Shown one piece after another: positions 1 through 12,670 of a stretch of DNA of 64,000 nucleotides (position 1 is the first letter of the stretch; every line of letters begins with the position of its first letter). The stretch is from Octopus sinensis (Eukaryota). The stretch lies in contig NC_043000.1 of the NCBI RefSeq assembly GCF_006345805.1, positions 73,284,001 through 73,348,000 of the forward strand. The letters run 5' to 3'. Position numbers and translations under genes: made by a program. The notes below the pieces were generated by a model. That model saw only the letters and a program-made list of their open reading frames with translations. It was not told the DNA's origin and did no database searches.

Positions 1-3000
1 AATTGACAGCCATCACTATTCCTCTGTTCCACTGAGTTGTGCAGCATGTCTTTGGTGGCTTGACCCAGACTTCATCTCTCACTGCCACAAAGGGCCCTCT
101 CTCTTCTTCAGGGAATCCTGATGGCTTACTTGGATGCTGCCATCCATATTTGAATATTGCTCAATGTGGCATGGACTCTTCAGCCTGTCCTAATCAGGGT
201 GACACATTGTACCAGAATACTGCTTCCAGCAGTGAGATGTGTCCCCTCTCTGCCATGGCCTTGATCATTTGGTGATGTCTTTCCACGATCCCATTTCCAC
301 TCAGCCTGTATGCCACTCTGAAAAAGCAGTGCACTTTTTGCCTGTCAAGCATTTCCTTCAGCACCTCCAAACAAAACACTGTGCTGTTGTCCATCAGCAA
401 TTCATTCACAGGGCCCCACTCTAAGAATACCTCATTTAAAATATGTACCATCACATCTGCAGTGTCTGCCCTCAATTCCCTCCAAATGGCCATCCGGCCT
501 GGCCCACAGTCAAGAATCATGAGATACGTCCCCTGCCAGTAGTGTGTCGCATCCACTGCCAGTCATCTCCAGTTGTGCTCTACTGAAATGTTTCCCTACT
601 CATGCACACTCTGAGCAGGGTTGATGGATTGACACCTGTCATAGTTCCCGACCACCTTTTGGATGCTCTGTCTAGTAATGTTGGCAACAATCCTCCTGGT
701 AAGATACAGGGTCCTATCCACACCCGTATGATGCACGGCATGTAGTCTCCTTAGTTCAGAGTCAGTTAACCAACACACTACAGCTACCCCTTGTTTTGAT
801 TCTTCCAGCTCCCCTAACCAGGCCTTTCTCACCCTGGTTAGAACGTCTACCTTGTTTATCTCTGAAAGCACAAAGACCATATACAGCTTCAGGCCACACT
901 TGGCAACCAGCTTTCCTAGAACCCCTAGGTGATGCTTCACTAACATTTCTGCTGCCCCTTTGGTTCAAACCCTCTTCTCATTGGTGATCACCGATCCTAC
1001 CCAGCCAAGCATGGTGGCCAAATCCATCCAGATTTCGAGGGAGCACAGACCCCCATCTCAAGGCCAAATTCACTCCTTTCAGCACTGCGTCCAACTCAGT
1101 GGTTGTAATTGTCTGCTTTTTGAAGCCAGGCCGCATCCTCCACTTTGACACCTCTGATTTCCAGCACAACTCCTATTGCAATGCTACTAGCATCACACCA
1201 TATGGTCCCGTTATCCGATTTGAGCAAATACCAGTTCCCTCTGACTGGGTCTTCTGCTCTCATCCTTTTTAGGATTTCCTGCATCATCACCACCATCCCC
1301 TCTCCCACTTTGTCACCCCAGTTCTCCCCTTCTGCTCATCTCTTGGTATAACTGCATGCTGTATGCAGCCACCCTATGATTGGGTAGTGACCTACTAATT
1401 TCCTGCACATTGAGAACAGTTCTCTCCTGCTGACATTGGCACCCAGCTCTGGGATCTCATTCCCCCTCTGAAATACCAAAACGCCTTTTCTGTTTCTTTG
1501 AAGTTTCAGCTCCAGTGCAGCTCCTCCAGCTATTGACTCCAGTGACTTCACAATCAACTTGAATTTCTTCAGATGTCTCACAACCTCTGCCACAGCTGCT
1601 ACAGTCTTGTCCACTATGATGTCATCTATATAGGAATTGGTGGCCCTTCATATCCTATCCACATTTCCCAGGATAGATTTGAGCACTGTCACTATGATCT
1701 TCAGTGCAGAATACAAGCGGAAACCCAGCCTTTTCAGACAATATTTCAGGCCCATGTATTGCACCAGCTGCAAATATGCTGCAAATATGCTGACTTCAAG
1801 TTGACAATCGTCGCTGCTTTAGTTGACTGTCTCTATACGTGCAGTGCCTCACTGCAGACGTCAGTTGCCTTGCCACCTGTGTGGCATGATACATGGCCAT
1901 TCATCTCCCAAAAGTCCAGTACCGGTCTGACTTTGCCCTTTGTTGGCTGCACCACTGCCATTAGTGGTAACACTCTGCTCACCACCCCCTCCTTCCACGG
2001 GATAAGGATACCTTCCTTAATCCACCTCTCTACCTCTTCTTGAAACTCCCTTCTGGCATGTCTTTTCAGGGTATGCTGGTAGCAGCTCACCCTGTTCTTC
2101 AGCATCAGGGGCGCCTCTTTCTAGATGTGGTTTTGCTTGCTGTCACTTTCAAGAAGTTCAATTTCGTCCATTCCCAATCACCACATCAATCCGATCTAAT
2201 CTATCACCTGGTCAATCACGATTGCCCGCAGCTTTAATGTTGTGCCTCACACCACTATCTCCATGTTGCTGCTACCCTTGCATTCAATTTCGCTGCCATC
2301 AACCGCCTGAACACTACTCACCCACTTCCATTTCTTTGTCACCCTCAGGTGACAAAGAAATGCAGCCTATGTTCACAAGGGCCTTGAATGTATTTCCCCC
2401 AACCATGACCTCAATTTTGAGCAGTGGCTGCACAAGTACCTCTACTCATTCGCGGGGGAAGTTTAGAGGCAGCAACTTCCCTGTAGCCGTTTCCCTGGCT
2501 GCAATTTTGGGCAATATGCCCAGTCTGTCTGCACTGGTAGCAAACTGGTCTAGCAAACTGCACAGTCCCTCACCATGTGTGGTCCCTGGCACTAGCCTGT
2601 GAACAACCACTGTCATTCCACAGTAGGTTTCTTTTCATCTTTCAATGGCCACCATGCAGCGTCGTGGGCTTCTGCAACTGCCATCACCACTGCCTTCCAA
2701 CAAGAGTTTTGTGTCAAATGCAGGCTTGAATGATGAGCTCACTCATCGCCTTTTTGTTGCCACCTGGTGATTGTTGTAGCTGCACCAACACATTGTCAGG
2801 AAAGCCATTCACAAAAGCCAGTGATGCTACTTTCTCTAGACCCTCTCCACTGAGATTAGATAGCACAGCCAGCCTCTGTACCTCTGCAGCATATTTTTCA
2901 ACCTGTTCCCCTGCCCATCTGACCATTCTCAGCTTAGCAAAAATGGTGTACTCTCCCTCTGTATAAGCCTCACTCAAGCACTGCTTGATCTTTGCCCCGC

Positions 3001-3205
3001 TCAGTTGTTCTTCTTCATTGATTTTGAGGTACAGTGCCAGCACGCTCCCCTCCCAATTTCAGCACCATGAGGCTTGCTACGTTTTCGATGCCTTGTAGCC
3101 TGGCCACAGCTTTGACCTTTTTGAATCTAAGCTACTACGTCTCCTTCATCATAGAGAGGTCTGATGACATCACTGCTGATCCTTATCTTTGCTGTTAGGG
3201 GACCA
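1..3205 (-). mobile_element. Degenerate Ty3/Gypsy LTR retrotransposon internal region (gag-PR-RT-RNaseH-IN); runs off the left edge
   Basis: Minus-strand fragments in Gypsy order: gag-like 2714-3043; protease-like KALVNIGC ~2361-2390; RT 1833-2105 (PLMAVVQPTKGKVRPVLDF); RNaseH WCDASSIAIGVVLE 1096-1308; integrase 194-946 (GPVNELLMDNSTVF, GNGIVERHHQMIK). Many stops and frameshifts. Confidence 0.9.
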
Positions 3206-3700
3206 TGATATCTATATATGATTGCCAAAATAGCTTGTCGTGCATGGGAAATGAAAAGAGGTTCACCTACCTTCTTCTCATCGACACCTGACTAGCAGTA
3301 ATCTCTCTGTCACTCAGTATAAGCAGCTGCTATCTGACCAAAATAGCTTGTCGTGCATGGGAAATGAAAAGAGGTTCACCTACCTTCTTCTCATCGACAC
3401 CTGACTAGCAGTAATCTCTCTGTCACTCAGTATAAGCAGCTGCTATCTGACCAACCCGGGAGTGAATTCCCTAACGTCTGTTCACGATGCCTCCAGTGAG
3501 CAAAAAGAGGCTGACGCCTGCCTCTCTCATCCCACTTGCCTTCTTGCACTTCCTCTTCTGGTCATCCCCTTGACCATTGACATCATGACCCTCTTTTTCC
3601 TGCTCATCCTCACATTTCTAATCTCCTATAGTCATTAGAAGTTTATATTCAATTGCTCTCCTGTTAAAACAGCAATGCATAACAATGCACAAGTGAACCA
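3206..3700. repeat. Probable LTR segment containing a perfect 113-bp tandem duplication (3225-3337 / 3338-3450)
   Basis: Begins TG at 3206, directly next to a TGG-starting PBS-like sequence on the minus strand (TGGTCCCCTAAC). The two 113-bp copies read as identical. The right boundary is uncertain. Confidence 0.6.
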
Positions 3701-4136
3701 ATGACAATGGTGCCGACTAATCATTCCAGCATGACAGAAGTAGACTATGTTTATTGTTTTCTATAAATGTATGATAGCTATATGTACCCAGCATTGCTCA
3801 TATAAATTAATACCTGTTTGAAAATCATGCTGTACAATCAATCTTGCATAATGTTGTCCTAAATACATATATCTGACAAAAAGAAGAGATGGTCATGGCT
3901 TGATCAAGGCTGACTTGGTGCTAAACAACAATATGCTGCAGGAATGATTTCAAATGTACACAATCTTTCATACATAGCTATACATTTATTTCTATTGTAT
4001 TTTATATTTGATATAAAGATACACTGAGTGTTAGTTTTGTATCTGAGTGTGTCTTGATACCTGTGATCATTGAAGTAACAAATACACATATACACACACA
4101 TTTCTATTTGTAAAATTCCTTATTCTTCCATTGCAG

Positions 4137-4221
4137 AATGTAAAGAACCCTACAACAAATTTATAAATGGAGGAGAAAGTGGATATATACAACCACCATA
4201 TAATAACATTATATTGATAAC
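4137..4221 (+). CDS. CUB-TM gene exon A: CUB1 N-terminal (ECKEPYNKFINGGESGYIQPPYNNIILIT)
   Basis: Acceptor ttattcttccattgcag, donor gtaagt; 85 nt, open, phase 1 to 2. Fits the C..G.I.P start of a CUB domain. Confidence 0.75.
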
Positions 4222-4618
4222 GTAAGTTACTTCCAGCTTCAGAGTATGTGTTTAATAATTTTTACATGCAATATGACATACCCTTTATCCTATGACATAA
4301 TATGCTACAACATACTTCCACAATATGCTATGCATGACACACACCATATTGCATATATTTGCAATAATAACACTAATAGTAGTGCATTATCCCTTTCCGT
4401 TGCGTACCTTCTTATCCAACAATATGTGGTCTGCACATGGTCTGCATTTATAATTTTACCACTGTGTTATCCCTTATCAAGACAATTTTCACTAGCTCAA
4501 TCTACTTATTTTGGTTAAAAGGTGCCAAAGAGGCTTGTAGCTTACTGCTATAAGCAGTTGTTGCAAATAATGATTGGTTTGTAGACTTGCTGGTTTTTAC
4601 TTCTACCATGACTAAAGT

Positions 4619-4815
4619 TTAACCCTTTATCATTTAATCCAGCCATATCTGTCCCAAATATTCTACTTGTTTCATATTAAAATGAACCAATCTCTCACAC
4701 CTACCTTACAATGTCATTTTAAAAATATACAAACACACCATTGAAATCTCAAAATTACAAGAGAATGCATGATTAATTCAAAACAATGTGGATAAATAGA
4801 CATTACAATTGACAA
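4619..4815. mobile_element. piggyBac-like MITE fragment with one end (TTAA-CCCTTT)
   Basis: TTAA followed by CCCTTTA, the same terminal pattern as the complete MITE at 60506-60733. Second TIR not found. Confidence 0.4.
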
Positions 4816-4999
4816 GCAGCACGCTCCTGATTGCTGCACAAACAAGTAAGTTAGATTTTTCTTTTTTTTTTTTTTATCACACTTACACATAAGTAAATAC
4901 TTATTGATTGATTAGAAACATTAATTCTATTTTTGCTTTCAAATGATTTTCTTTGACAGACGAAAGTTAGTTTGCTTACAATTTCTCTTCTTATTGTAG

Positions 5000-5100
5000 T
5001 CCACTAAAATGCCAATGGGCCCTAACAACTAACAGTAGTCACGTTTTTCAAATAAATTTGGTTAAGTTTGAAGAGTTGAGTTACCTTGATATCTATGATG
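5000..5100 (+). CDS. CUB-TM gene exon B: CUB1 middle (PLKCQWALTTNSSHVFQINLVKFEELSYLDIYDG)
   Basis: Acceptor tttctcttcttattgtag, donor gtgtgt; 101 nt, phase 2 to 1, matching exon A. Contains the CUB C.W and l.iYDG motifs. Confidence 0.85.
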
Positions 5101-5255
5101 GTGTGTATTTCTTATATCCAATATCTGTATAATTCGTCTTTTATTATAAAACTTTGTAATTGTTTGACTTCTGTCTCAAGACAACATTTTTGTGACCTTT
5201 GTATGATATTAGCATTATTTGAGAAGTGTCTGATGCTGCTGAATTTGATATACTC

Positions 5256-5470
5256 TTTTACTCTTTTACTTGTTTCTGTCATTTGACTGCGGCCATGCTG
5301 GAGCACCGCCTTTAGTCGAGCAACTCGACCCCGGGACTTATTCTTTGTAAGCCTAGTACTTATTTTATCGGTCTCTTTTGCCGAACCGCTAAGTGACGGG
5401 GACATAAACACACCAGCATCGGTTGTCAAGCAATGCTAGGGGGACAAACACAGACACACAAACACACACG

Positions 5471-5520
<50 letters not shown>

Positions 5521-5702
5521 CATATATATACATATATATGACGGGCTTCTTTCAGTTTCCGTCTACCAAATCCACTCACAAGGCTTTGGTCGGCCCGAGG
5601 CTATAGTAGAAGACACTTGCCCAAGGTGCCACGTGGTGGGACTGAACCTGGAACCATGTGGTTAGTAAGCAAGCTACTTACCACACAGCCACTCCTGCGC
5701 CT
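5256..5702 (-). mobile_element. Full-length tRNA-derived octopus-type SINE with internal (TA)n/(TG)n microsatellite
   Basis: Reverse complement starts AGGCGCAGGAGTGGCTGTGTGGTAAG...GGTTCAGTCCC (A/B-box-like head), followed by a conserved body and tail. Same family as 46375-46736. Confidence 0.85.
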
Positions 5703-5770
5703 TTATTTTTATACCTGTGTCTACTGCTGACATGGCTTGATACTTTTGGTTAGGTTTAATTTATTTAATA

Positions 5771-5815
5771 ACTAGCAGTATCACCTGGCATTGCTAGGGT
5801 TTGTTTCGACCCTTT
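5771..5815 (+). mobile_element. Helentron/HINE-like 5' end (ACTAGCAGTATCACCTGGCATTGCTAGGG)
   Basis: ACTAG start plus a degenerate GC hairpin, as in non-autonomous Helentron-type elements. Family recognised from memory. Confidence 0.45.
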
Positions 5816-5981
5816 AAAATTGGAATGTATATATATATATATATAATTTACAAAATAAGGGCAAAAGAAAAATTCAAATGCCAAATATGCCGAAAAAAAG
5901 ACAAAAATGTCAATAACCATTATAATTTATGCGTCTCGAAACAAACCGATAGAAATTTCTAAAAAATCCGTTATTACTATA

Positions 5982-6305
5982 TTGGTCCCAATTTCGGGGT
6001 CAATTCATATGAATTTTCCTCTCTTCAGCGATAAATACGTGAGATATTTTATCCTACATTAGTTATAAATTGAATAGTGTTCACTTCCGGATTCTCTCAC
6101 CCTGTGAAAGTTTCTAGTTCAAATCACACGTGTCTCGAGATGTGCCGAAGATTTTCTATTTTGGATATATTTGGAGTACTTAGGTGTGCTCGGGACTTGG
6201 TACTTGCTTTTTCCATGGGTATGAGTAAGTATTTCACTTATATCTCACGTATTTATCGCTGAAGAGGGGAAAATTCTTATGAATTGACCCCGATATTGGG
6301 ACCAA
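5982..6305. repeat. 65-bp inverted repeat pair (5982-6046 / 6241-6305), MITE-like
   Basis: TTGGTCCCAATTTCGGGGTCAATTCAT...GTGAGATA matches the reverse complement of 6241-6305 with a few substitutions; spacer ~195 bp. Confidence 0.85.
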
Positions 6306-6419
6306 GTAGAAATGAAAAATTGCAGCAGAGACAATAAAGGCATTCAAGGTTAAGACATGGAAGACTTTAGGGTTAAGCTGGACTCCAAATTTACATCAGT
6401 CACCTGCTACAATAATCAA

Positions 6420-6860
6420 CTCTCTGTCACTTGTCATCAACTAGTTTGCAAAAAGAATTTTTAAAAATTGGTCCTTCTGATTATCTACCAGCCCAATTTG
6501 TGGAGTATAGGCAGAAAAAATATATATATTGTAGACTAGTCTCAGCTTCACTATCCTGTCACACACTCTGGCTTCAATTACTATATCTACCCATCTTTCT
6601 ATCAAAAGTTTGCCTACACCCATCCCATCACTACCACCCACTTCTGTTCTTTGCCCATGTGAGGTTCCCCTCCATCTTACCTCTTGCACACATCACACAT
6701 CTAGACACCTTCACTTCTACTAAAAGTGGTAGCCCTAAAGTTATACACTTAGAAAGAAGAGTGGGAAGACAGTTGGGGGACTATCATCAGCACCTGAAAA
6801 GAAGATTTGTGAAAACACTCACCAGCGAGTACAGGACTTTTGTACATGGCTAATTTATTC
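6420..6860 (-). mobile_element. RTE LINE APE-endonuclease fragment
   Basis: ORF 6441-6689 QEVRWRG...DRIVKLRL...FSAYTPQIG is an APE pattern. Confidence 0.8.
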
Positions 6861-7627
6861 AATAAATATCAATTTCCTCAGTACCACAAACCATCTAAGG
6901 CAAGAGCCAGCAAAGAGAAACAAGGAAAGATTGGGTAGATTTCAGGCAAGCCAGAAGAAAAAAGAAGAAGGAAGGTGAAAGGGGGTTATATAGCAAAGAT
7001 TGATATGTATATTTGTAACCATACACACATATGTATACATCCTCCATTTATGAATACACACATTTACACATGTACATGTATGCAACTCACATACCATACA
7101 TGTATGTAAACATGTGGTGGATAAAGGGAATACATCCAAATATTGTATTTAATAATAGAGAAGGAAGAGGTGAGTTGCCAGAAGAGTAAATTCATGTTTT
7201 TTCAATCAGCTATGCTAGCAGGGGAAGGGGTAGATACGGGTTAGAAAGGTGGTGCAGGCTACTGTGAACTCTACATGACTCTATTGAAATTATTATTTAG
7301 ACTTTATAAAATAATTTTTGTGATTTTTTATTGTAACTTTTAAATACAATTAATGCTACTAGAAATTTGAAATCTATAAAAATATTTTAGCAAATATGTA
7401 CAAAATGTGGTTAATCTCTATAGTAATATATCACATGAAAATTTTAAAACAAGTGGGAGAAATGAAATCTACACCTTGCATGGCTTCTGCCATTAGCTGT
7501 GATTAAGAAAGGAAATGTAAAAACTTTGACAAAAGAAGTTACATATTTACAACAGAAAATAAACAGTCTAGTTTCAGCCAAATGATTAATATCATGGAAA
7601 ACTACCTCCAGATATGTGTGATGGGGT

Positions 7628-7946
7628 GAAGGCATGTGGCTTAGTGGTTAGGATATTTGGCTCATGATAGTAAGGTCATGAGTTCAATTCCCAGTGATGC
7701 ATTGTGTCCTTGAGCAAGACACTTTATCTTACATTGCTCCAGTCCATTCAGCTGCAAAAATGAGTAACACCTGTATTTCAAAGGCCAACCTTGTCATGCT
7801 GTGTCACACTGAATCTGGGTAAGAACTACATTAAGGGTATATGTGTCTGTGGAATGCTCAGTCACATGCATGTTAATTTCACAAGCAGACTGTTCCATTG
7901 ATTGGATCAACTGGAACCCTTGTTTTTGTAACTGATAAAGTGCCAG
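7628..7946 (+). mobile_element. tRNA-derived SINE (CORE-like body, hairpin tail)
   Basis: Head GGCATGTGGCTTAGTGGTTAGG...GAGTTCAATTCCC, then TGTGTCCTTGAGCAAGACACTT. Tail shared with 28979-29351; ends at (TA)n. Confidence 0.8.
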
Positions 7947-7965
7947 ATATATATATATATATATA

Positions 7966-9090
7966 CAGTGTGTCCTAAAATTAAGGCAATCAAATTTTTT
8001 CAATTTTGTCAAAGCAAAACACAATTATGACACTGCTACATTTATTCGATATGACCACCTCTGTTTCAAATCACAGCCTTAAGTCTAGGTGTGAATGCTT
8101 CACATGCAGCATGCAGCTGTTCTTGCAGAATCAAAGCCCATTCCTGGAGAAGTTTTGCTTTCAGAGCATTGAGTGAAGCATGAGGAGTGTTCAAGACCCT
8201 CATCTACAAAATAGACCAAACAGAAAAATCCAACAGCTTGAAATCAGGACTTCTTGAGAGCCATTCATCCTTGCCTATGAACAATGGAATGTTTTTCTGA
8301 ATCTAGTGTTGTGTCTGTTTGGAGCTGTAGGATGGTGCTAAGTTCTGTTGGAGGCTCCAATATGTACTTTGAAAGTGTTCATTCGCTCATAGAAGCAGTT
8401 CAGCTTCCAGGATGTCACTAATGTATTGCTAAGTCTTAATTTTAACAACTAAGGGTGCAAAAACAAGAGGAGACCTTCCAATGGCTGTCACAACCACCCA
8501 AATCATAACTGACTGTGGATTTTGATGTTGTTTTACAAGTCTACCCTCAACAGAGCCTGATGCACTCCAAAGTTGGTCATTCTGGTAGTTTACTCTCTCA
8601 TCAGTAAACACCAGGTTGGGCAACGTGCCTTCAGCAATCTGATACAGGATAAGACGACTTCTCTCCAGTCTCATGGCCTTATAAACTTGCATGAGCTCAT
8701 GACAGTGGATCATCTTGTAGGGGTGGGTCCTGAGATCAGCCTTCAGTACTCAATACAATGATGTTCAGCTTATTTTTGGTGTGGCAGCCAGTTTTCTGAT
8801 GGGACAATGAAGATTCCACTGCATCTTTTCTCTGGTACTTTTGACAAGCTGAGGGGCCTGCACACTTCTTTTTTGGCCACATCCAGGCCACTCAACGTTC
8901 CAGACTATTGTTCAGTTAATTTTAAGCTTTTTCGCTATAGTTATATTATTTTCACCTCTTTTGTGGAGGGTTATGATTGTATTTTGGTCTAAAGCCACTG
9001 TCTAATTTATAAATCTGAATTTAGTCTGAAACAAAAAGCAGACACGCTAAGCTTTTATAATGATGTTTAATTTTTATATCTTATCACATT
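7966..9090 (-). mobile_element. Degenerate Tc1/mariner, maT (DD37D-like) type; 3' TIR at 7966
   Basis: TA|CAGTGTGTCCTAAAATTAAGGCAA TIR. Minus-strand transposase remnants LVFTDE, QSVMIW, WLSRSPDFKLLDFSVW. Inverted relative of 19351-20460. Confidence 0.85.
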
Positions 9091-9320
9091 TATTGATAGT
9101 TATTAAAGCCTTTTTGCTGAATGACCAGCACAAATGATTCATTTATAGTCATCAAATGTATGTGTTGTACATTAGCTCACTCTCTTCATCAACTCGATGT
9201 ATGTGTGTGTGTGTGTGTGTGCATATATGTATGTATACACATATATATGTATATACACACACATACACACACACACACATATCTATATACATATATGCAT
9301 ACATATACATATATACATGC

Positions 9321-9352
<32 letters not shown>

Positions 9353-9740
9353 TAGAAGGTTAGGAGATGATGTACAGGTATTATATATTAGAAGAAATGA
9401 GGTACTCAGAAATCTGGATGGTTTTATATTTACAGATATTTATTTGTATGTTACATGTTTTTATAAATCATATATCATATATTAGCACTTTTGTCCACTC
9501 TAGTGGAGTCATCAGATTGAACTTTTGCAGGAATTTTGTCTCTTTTTATAGTACTATTGAATGTGTAGGGGTGGAGAGAGATATAAGATAGTACAAGAGA
9601 GTGAGGAACGGGAAAAAAGTGAGAGAGAGTGCACGCGTGTGTGTGTGTGTGTGCTTTTGTATCTGAAAGAATTGTTAAAAGAAAAGATATCAACACATTT
9701 TTTCTTCTTTCTCTCCTTCTCTCTTTCCTTCTCTTTTCCT

Positions 9741-10375
9741 TTAACACTTCGGACATTGGTAGAATGTGTCATATAAAACATCTTTTACTCTTAGCATTTT
9801 TGAGAAAAACTTACATTTACAAAGTTATTTCAAATTAAAGTTCTCGTATTTCAGTAATTTCAACCAATCAATGACATGTATTCAGCTGAATAAAATTACT
9901 GCCGTTGTTTGTCAACAAAAACTATCAGCGGTGTATTTTTCATTTGTCACTGTTATTTATGACATCATTTTTGCGTTTGTACTGGTTTTAAGGTTTTAGG
10001 GTTAGGGTTTGGGTTTTAGGGTTAGGGTGTTAGGGTTAGGGTTAGGGTTTTGGGGTTAGAGTTAGAGTTGGGGTTTTAGGGTTAGGGTTAGGGTTTTAGA
10101 GTTAGGGTTTTAGGGTTAGGGTTAAGGTTTTAGGGTTAGGGTTGTCATAAATAACAGTGACAAATGAAATATACACCACCGGAAGTTCTTGTTGACAAAC
10201 AACAGCAGTAATTTTATTCAGCTGAATACATGTCATTGATTGGTTGAAATTACCGAAATAGGACAACTTTAACATGAAATAATTTCGTAAATATAAATTT
10301 TTCTCAAAAATGCTAAGAGTAAAAGATGTTTTATATGACATATTCTACCAGTGTCCAAAGTTTGAAAGTGTTTAA
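9741..10375. mobile_element. TTAA-flanked MITE-like element: ~218-bp inverted arms around a telomere-like tract
   Basis: Arms ~9746-9963 and 10144-10361 are reverse complements; the ORF track gives near-identical peptides on opposite strands (9766+ and 10341-). TTAA-CACTT at left, AAGTG-t-TTAA at right. Confidence 0.8.
9985..10143 (+). repeat. Interstitial telomere-like repeat (TTAGGG mixed with TTTTAGGG, TTAGAG, TTGGGG)
   Basis: Read directly from the sequence; TTAGGG is the established molluscan telomere motif. Confidence 0.9.
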
Positions 10376-11512
10376 TTACAAAAAATTATTTTTTAAATCT
10401 GTAGGTTAAAAGGTAAAGATCCAAAAATTGGAAGAAAAAGTTACAAGGTTTAAAAATCGAAAAGTTGTGTATTTTTAGCCAATAGCGAGATAGATATTTT
10501 CTGCGTTTAGCGGAGTGATGTCAACTTTGCAGCTGTACTCTGTGAAATTTATGGTTTAGTGTCTGTGAAAAGACCTCTTCGTTGTAGGTTTCTAAATAAA
10601 CAGAAATACCAAATATAATCATGTATCATCTTACTGTTTCTTTTGTCACTTCATTGATTGTATTTTTTTAATTATTTAAAAAAATTTGTTATCTCTATAT
10701 TATAAATCTGAAATGCGAAAGGTTTGTTTGTTTGTTTGTCTGGTTTTGGCATTGAGAACGGGTTAAAGGCCACTAGATCCCGTCGGATTGACTCCAAAAT
10801 TTACAGGGACATGTAAAATGAGGTGAGGATGTGAGTGGGCTAGGTCAGAAATCCTCTTTTTTAAAAGGTGTCGTTGCTAGGGCCAAAAACGCACTTCCCA
10901 TCACTTTCTATATATAACGTTGTTTCACAGCGTCTAACTCCCCTTCACTTTCTCTTTATAACATCGTTTCACAGCGTTCTATATCTCCCCCCTCCCCGCC
11001 TTCAACAGCGCTTTCACATCCTCTCTCTCTCTACGTCTGTCTGCATTCATAGACAGAATTATCATCGCCACTACCACGACACAATCATGAGAACAAATAT
11101 TATGAATCAAATATTTATTGGGTTAATTTATATATGTGTGTGTGTGTTCTATATATAAATATGTATATATAATGTATATATACAAAGTGTATATATCTGT
11201 ATTTATGTATATTAAACTTTTTAATACTTTTTGATAGTTATATATATTTTTTTAAAAATTATAAATATAAATTAATAATTTTAATTTTAAATTTAAATAA
11301 TTTAAATTTCTCAGTTTTATATTTTATATATTTTGTACATTATATTTTTATTTTTATGTTTTGGTTTATGTTTTTCACTGTTTGATTTACCTATTAGTGG
11401 TTTTATCTCTAATTTAATTTATATATATATATATATAATTTGTATACATTTGTATATATAATGCATGCACACATACACACACACACACACACACTCACAC
11501 ACACTCACACAT

Positions 11513-11581
<69 letters not shown>

Positions 11582-11813
11582 GTGTGCATTATGTGGTCGG
11601 TTGAGCTGAAAATATGCACACCTATGTTAAAAGTGCTGGAGAGTTTGCATGACAACTATTTTTTTCCTCAAATGAAAGGTGTGACCTCTAGGACAAAATT
11701 CCTCATCTTATAAAATGTAGCCCCAGTAGACCCGAATGAAATCGGGTTATATTAACCAAAATGTGAAAAGGGGTCTAAATGGGGCTGGAAGGGGATTAAA
11801 ATTTACAGGAGCG

Positions 11814-12060
11814 GGTGTTTAGGAATATCAAACTAAAAAATTTGTGCCAGCCTTTTAATCGTCAATGTGTTGCCGTCCATGATGAAGAAGTTTTGAATGC
11901 TTGCCATGGTGAGTCTACTGTCGTGAGAAAGAATCACTTCAAAACTTGGTGTTTAGGAATTTTCTTTTACATCAAGTTCAAAATTTTACGCCAGCCGTTA
12001 AACTGTCAATACGTTGCTGTCTGTCGTTAAGAAATGCCAGCCATGGTGACTCTACTATCC
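11814..12060 (+). repeat. Diverged tandem duplication, unit ~134 bp
   Basis: GGTGTTTAGGAAT...GCCAGCC...GTCAAT...GCCATGGTGA(G/C)TCTACT at 11814 and 11948. Confidence 0.7.
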
Positions 12061-12367
12061 TCAGATTCTATCCCTTCAAACTTTGGTTTCCAATATTCTA
12101 TTATTTTTATTCAGCTCATGAGTTCGTCTGTCCCTTTTAAATGTTATTGTTTTGCTGTCTGCCTTGAAGCAGACCTTTCCGTTGTCACTGCCTGATATTT
12201 ATGATTGATTTTTCAAGATATTTTATTTCTCAACTTACTCATGATCTTTTGTTGTTTATAAAAGGGAGAGAGATAGATAAAGATAGAGAGTAAGAGAAAG
12301 CGAGGGAGAGTCCGAGAGAAAAGAAAAGTAAGAGAGTGGGAAAGTGAGAGAGAAACAAAGAGGGAGA

Positions 12368-12670
12368 ATCATCATCATTGTTTAATGTCCGTTTTCCATG
12401 CTAGCACGGGTTGGACAGTTTGACCAGGTCTGGGAAGCCAGGAGGCTGCACCAGGCTCCAGTCTGATCTGGCAGTGTTTCTACAGCTGGATGCCCTTCCT
12501 AACGCCAACCACTCTGTGAGTGTAGTGGCTGCTTTTTTCGTGCTGCTGGCACAGGTGCCAGGGGGGTTGGCAGCGGCCACGATCGGTTGATGCTTTTTAC
12601 GTGCCACCGGCACAGAAGCCAGTCAAGGCGGTGCTGCCATCGGCCACTTTCGGATGGTGCTTTTTATGTG
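12368..12670 (-). mobile_element. 5'-truncated RTE 3' UTR copy
   Basis: (ATC)n tail followed by the reverse complement of the RTE 3' UTR at 36400-36843. Confidence 0.9.

Noticed and set aside
3318-3331. 14-nt identity (TATAAGCAGCTGCT) to the HIV-1 LTR TATA region as I recall it
   Set aside because: A post-hoc short match explained by a generic TATA plus E-box; no homology implied.
5640-5702. tRNA genes at SINE heads (also 7628, 29290, 46375)
   Set aside because: There is no complete cloverleaf and each continues into SINE body and tail.
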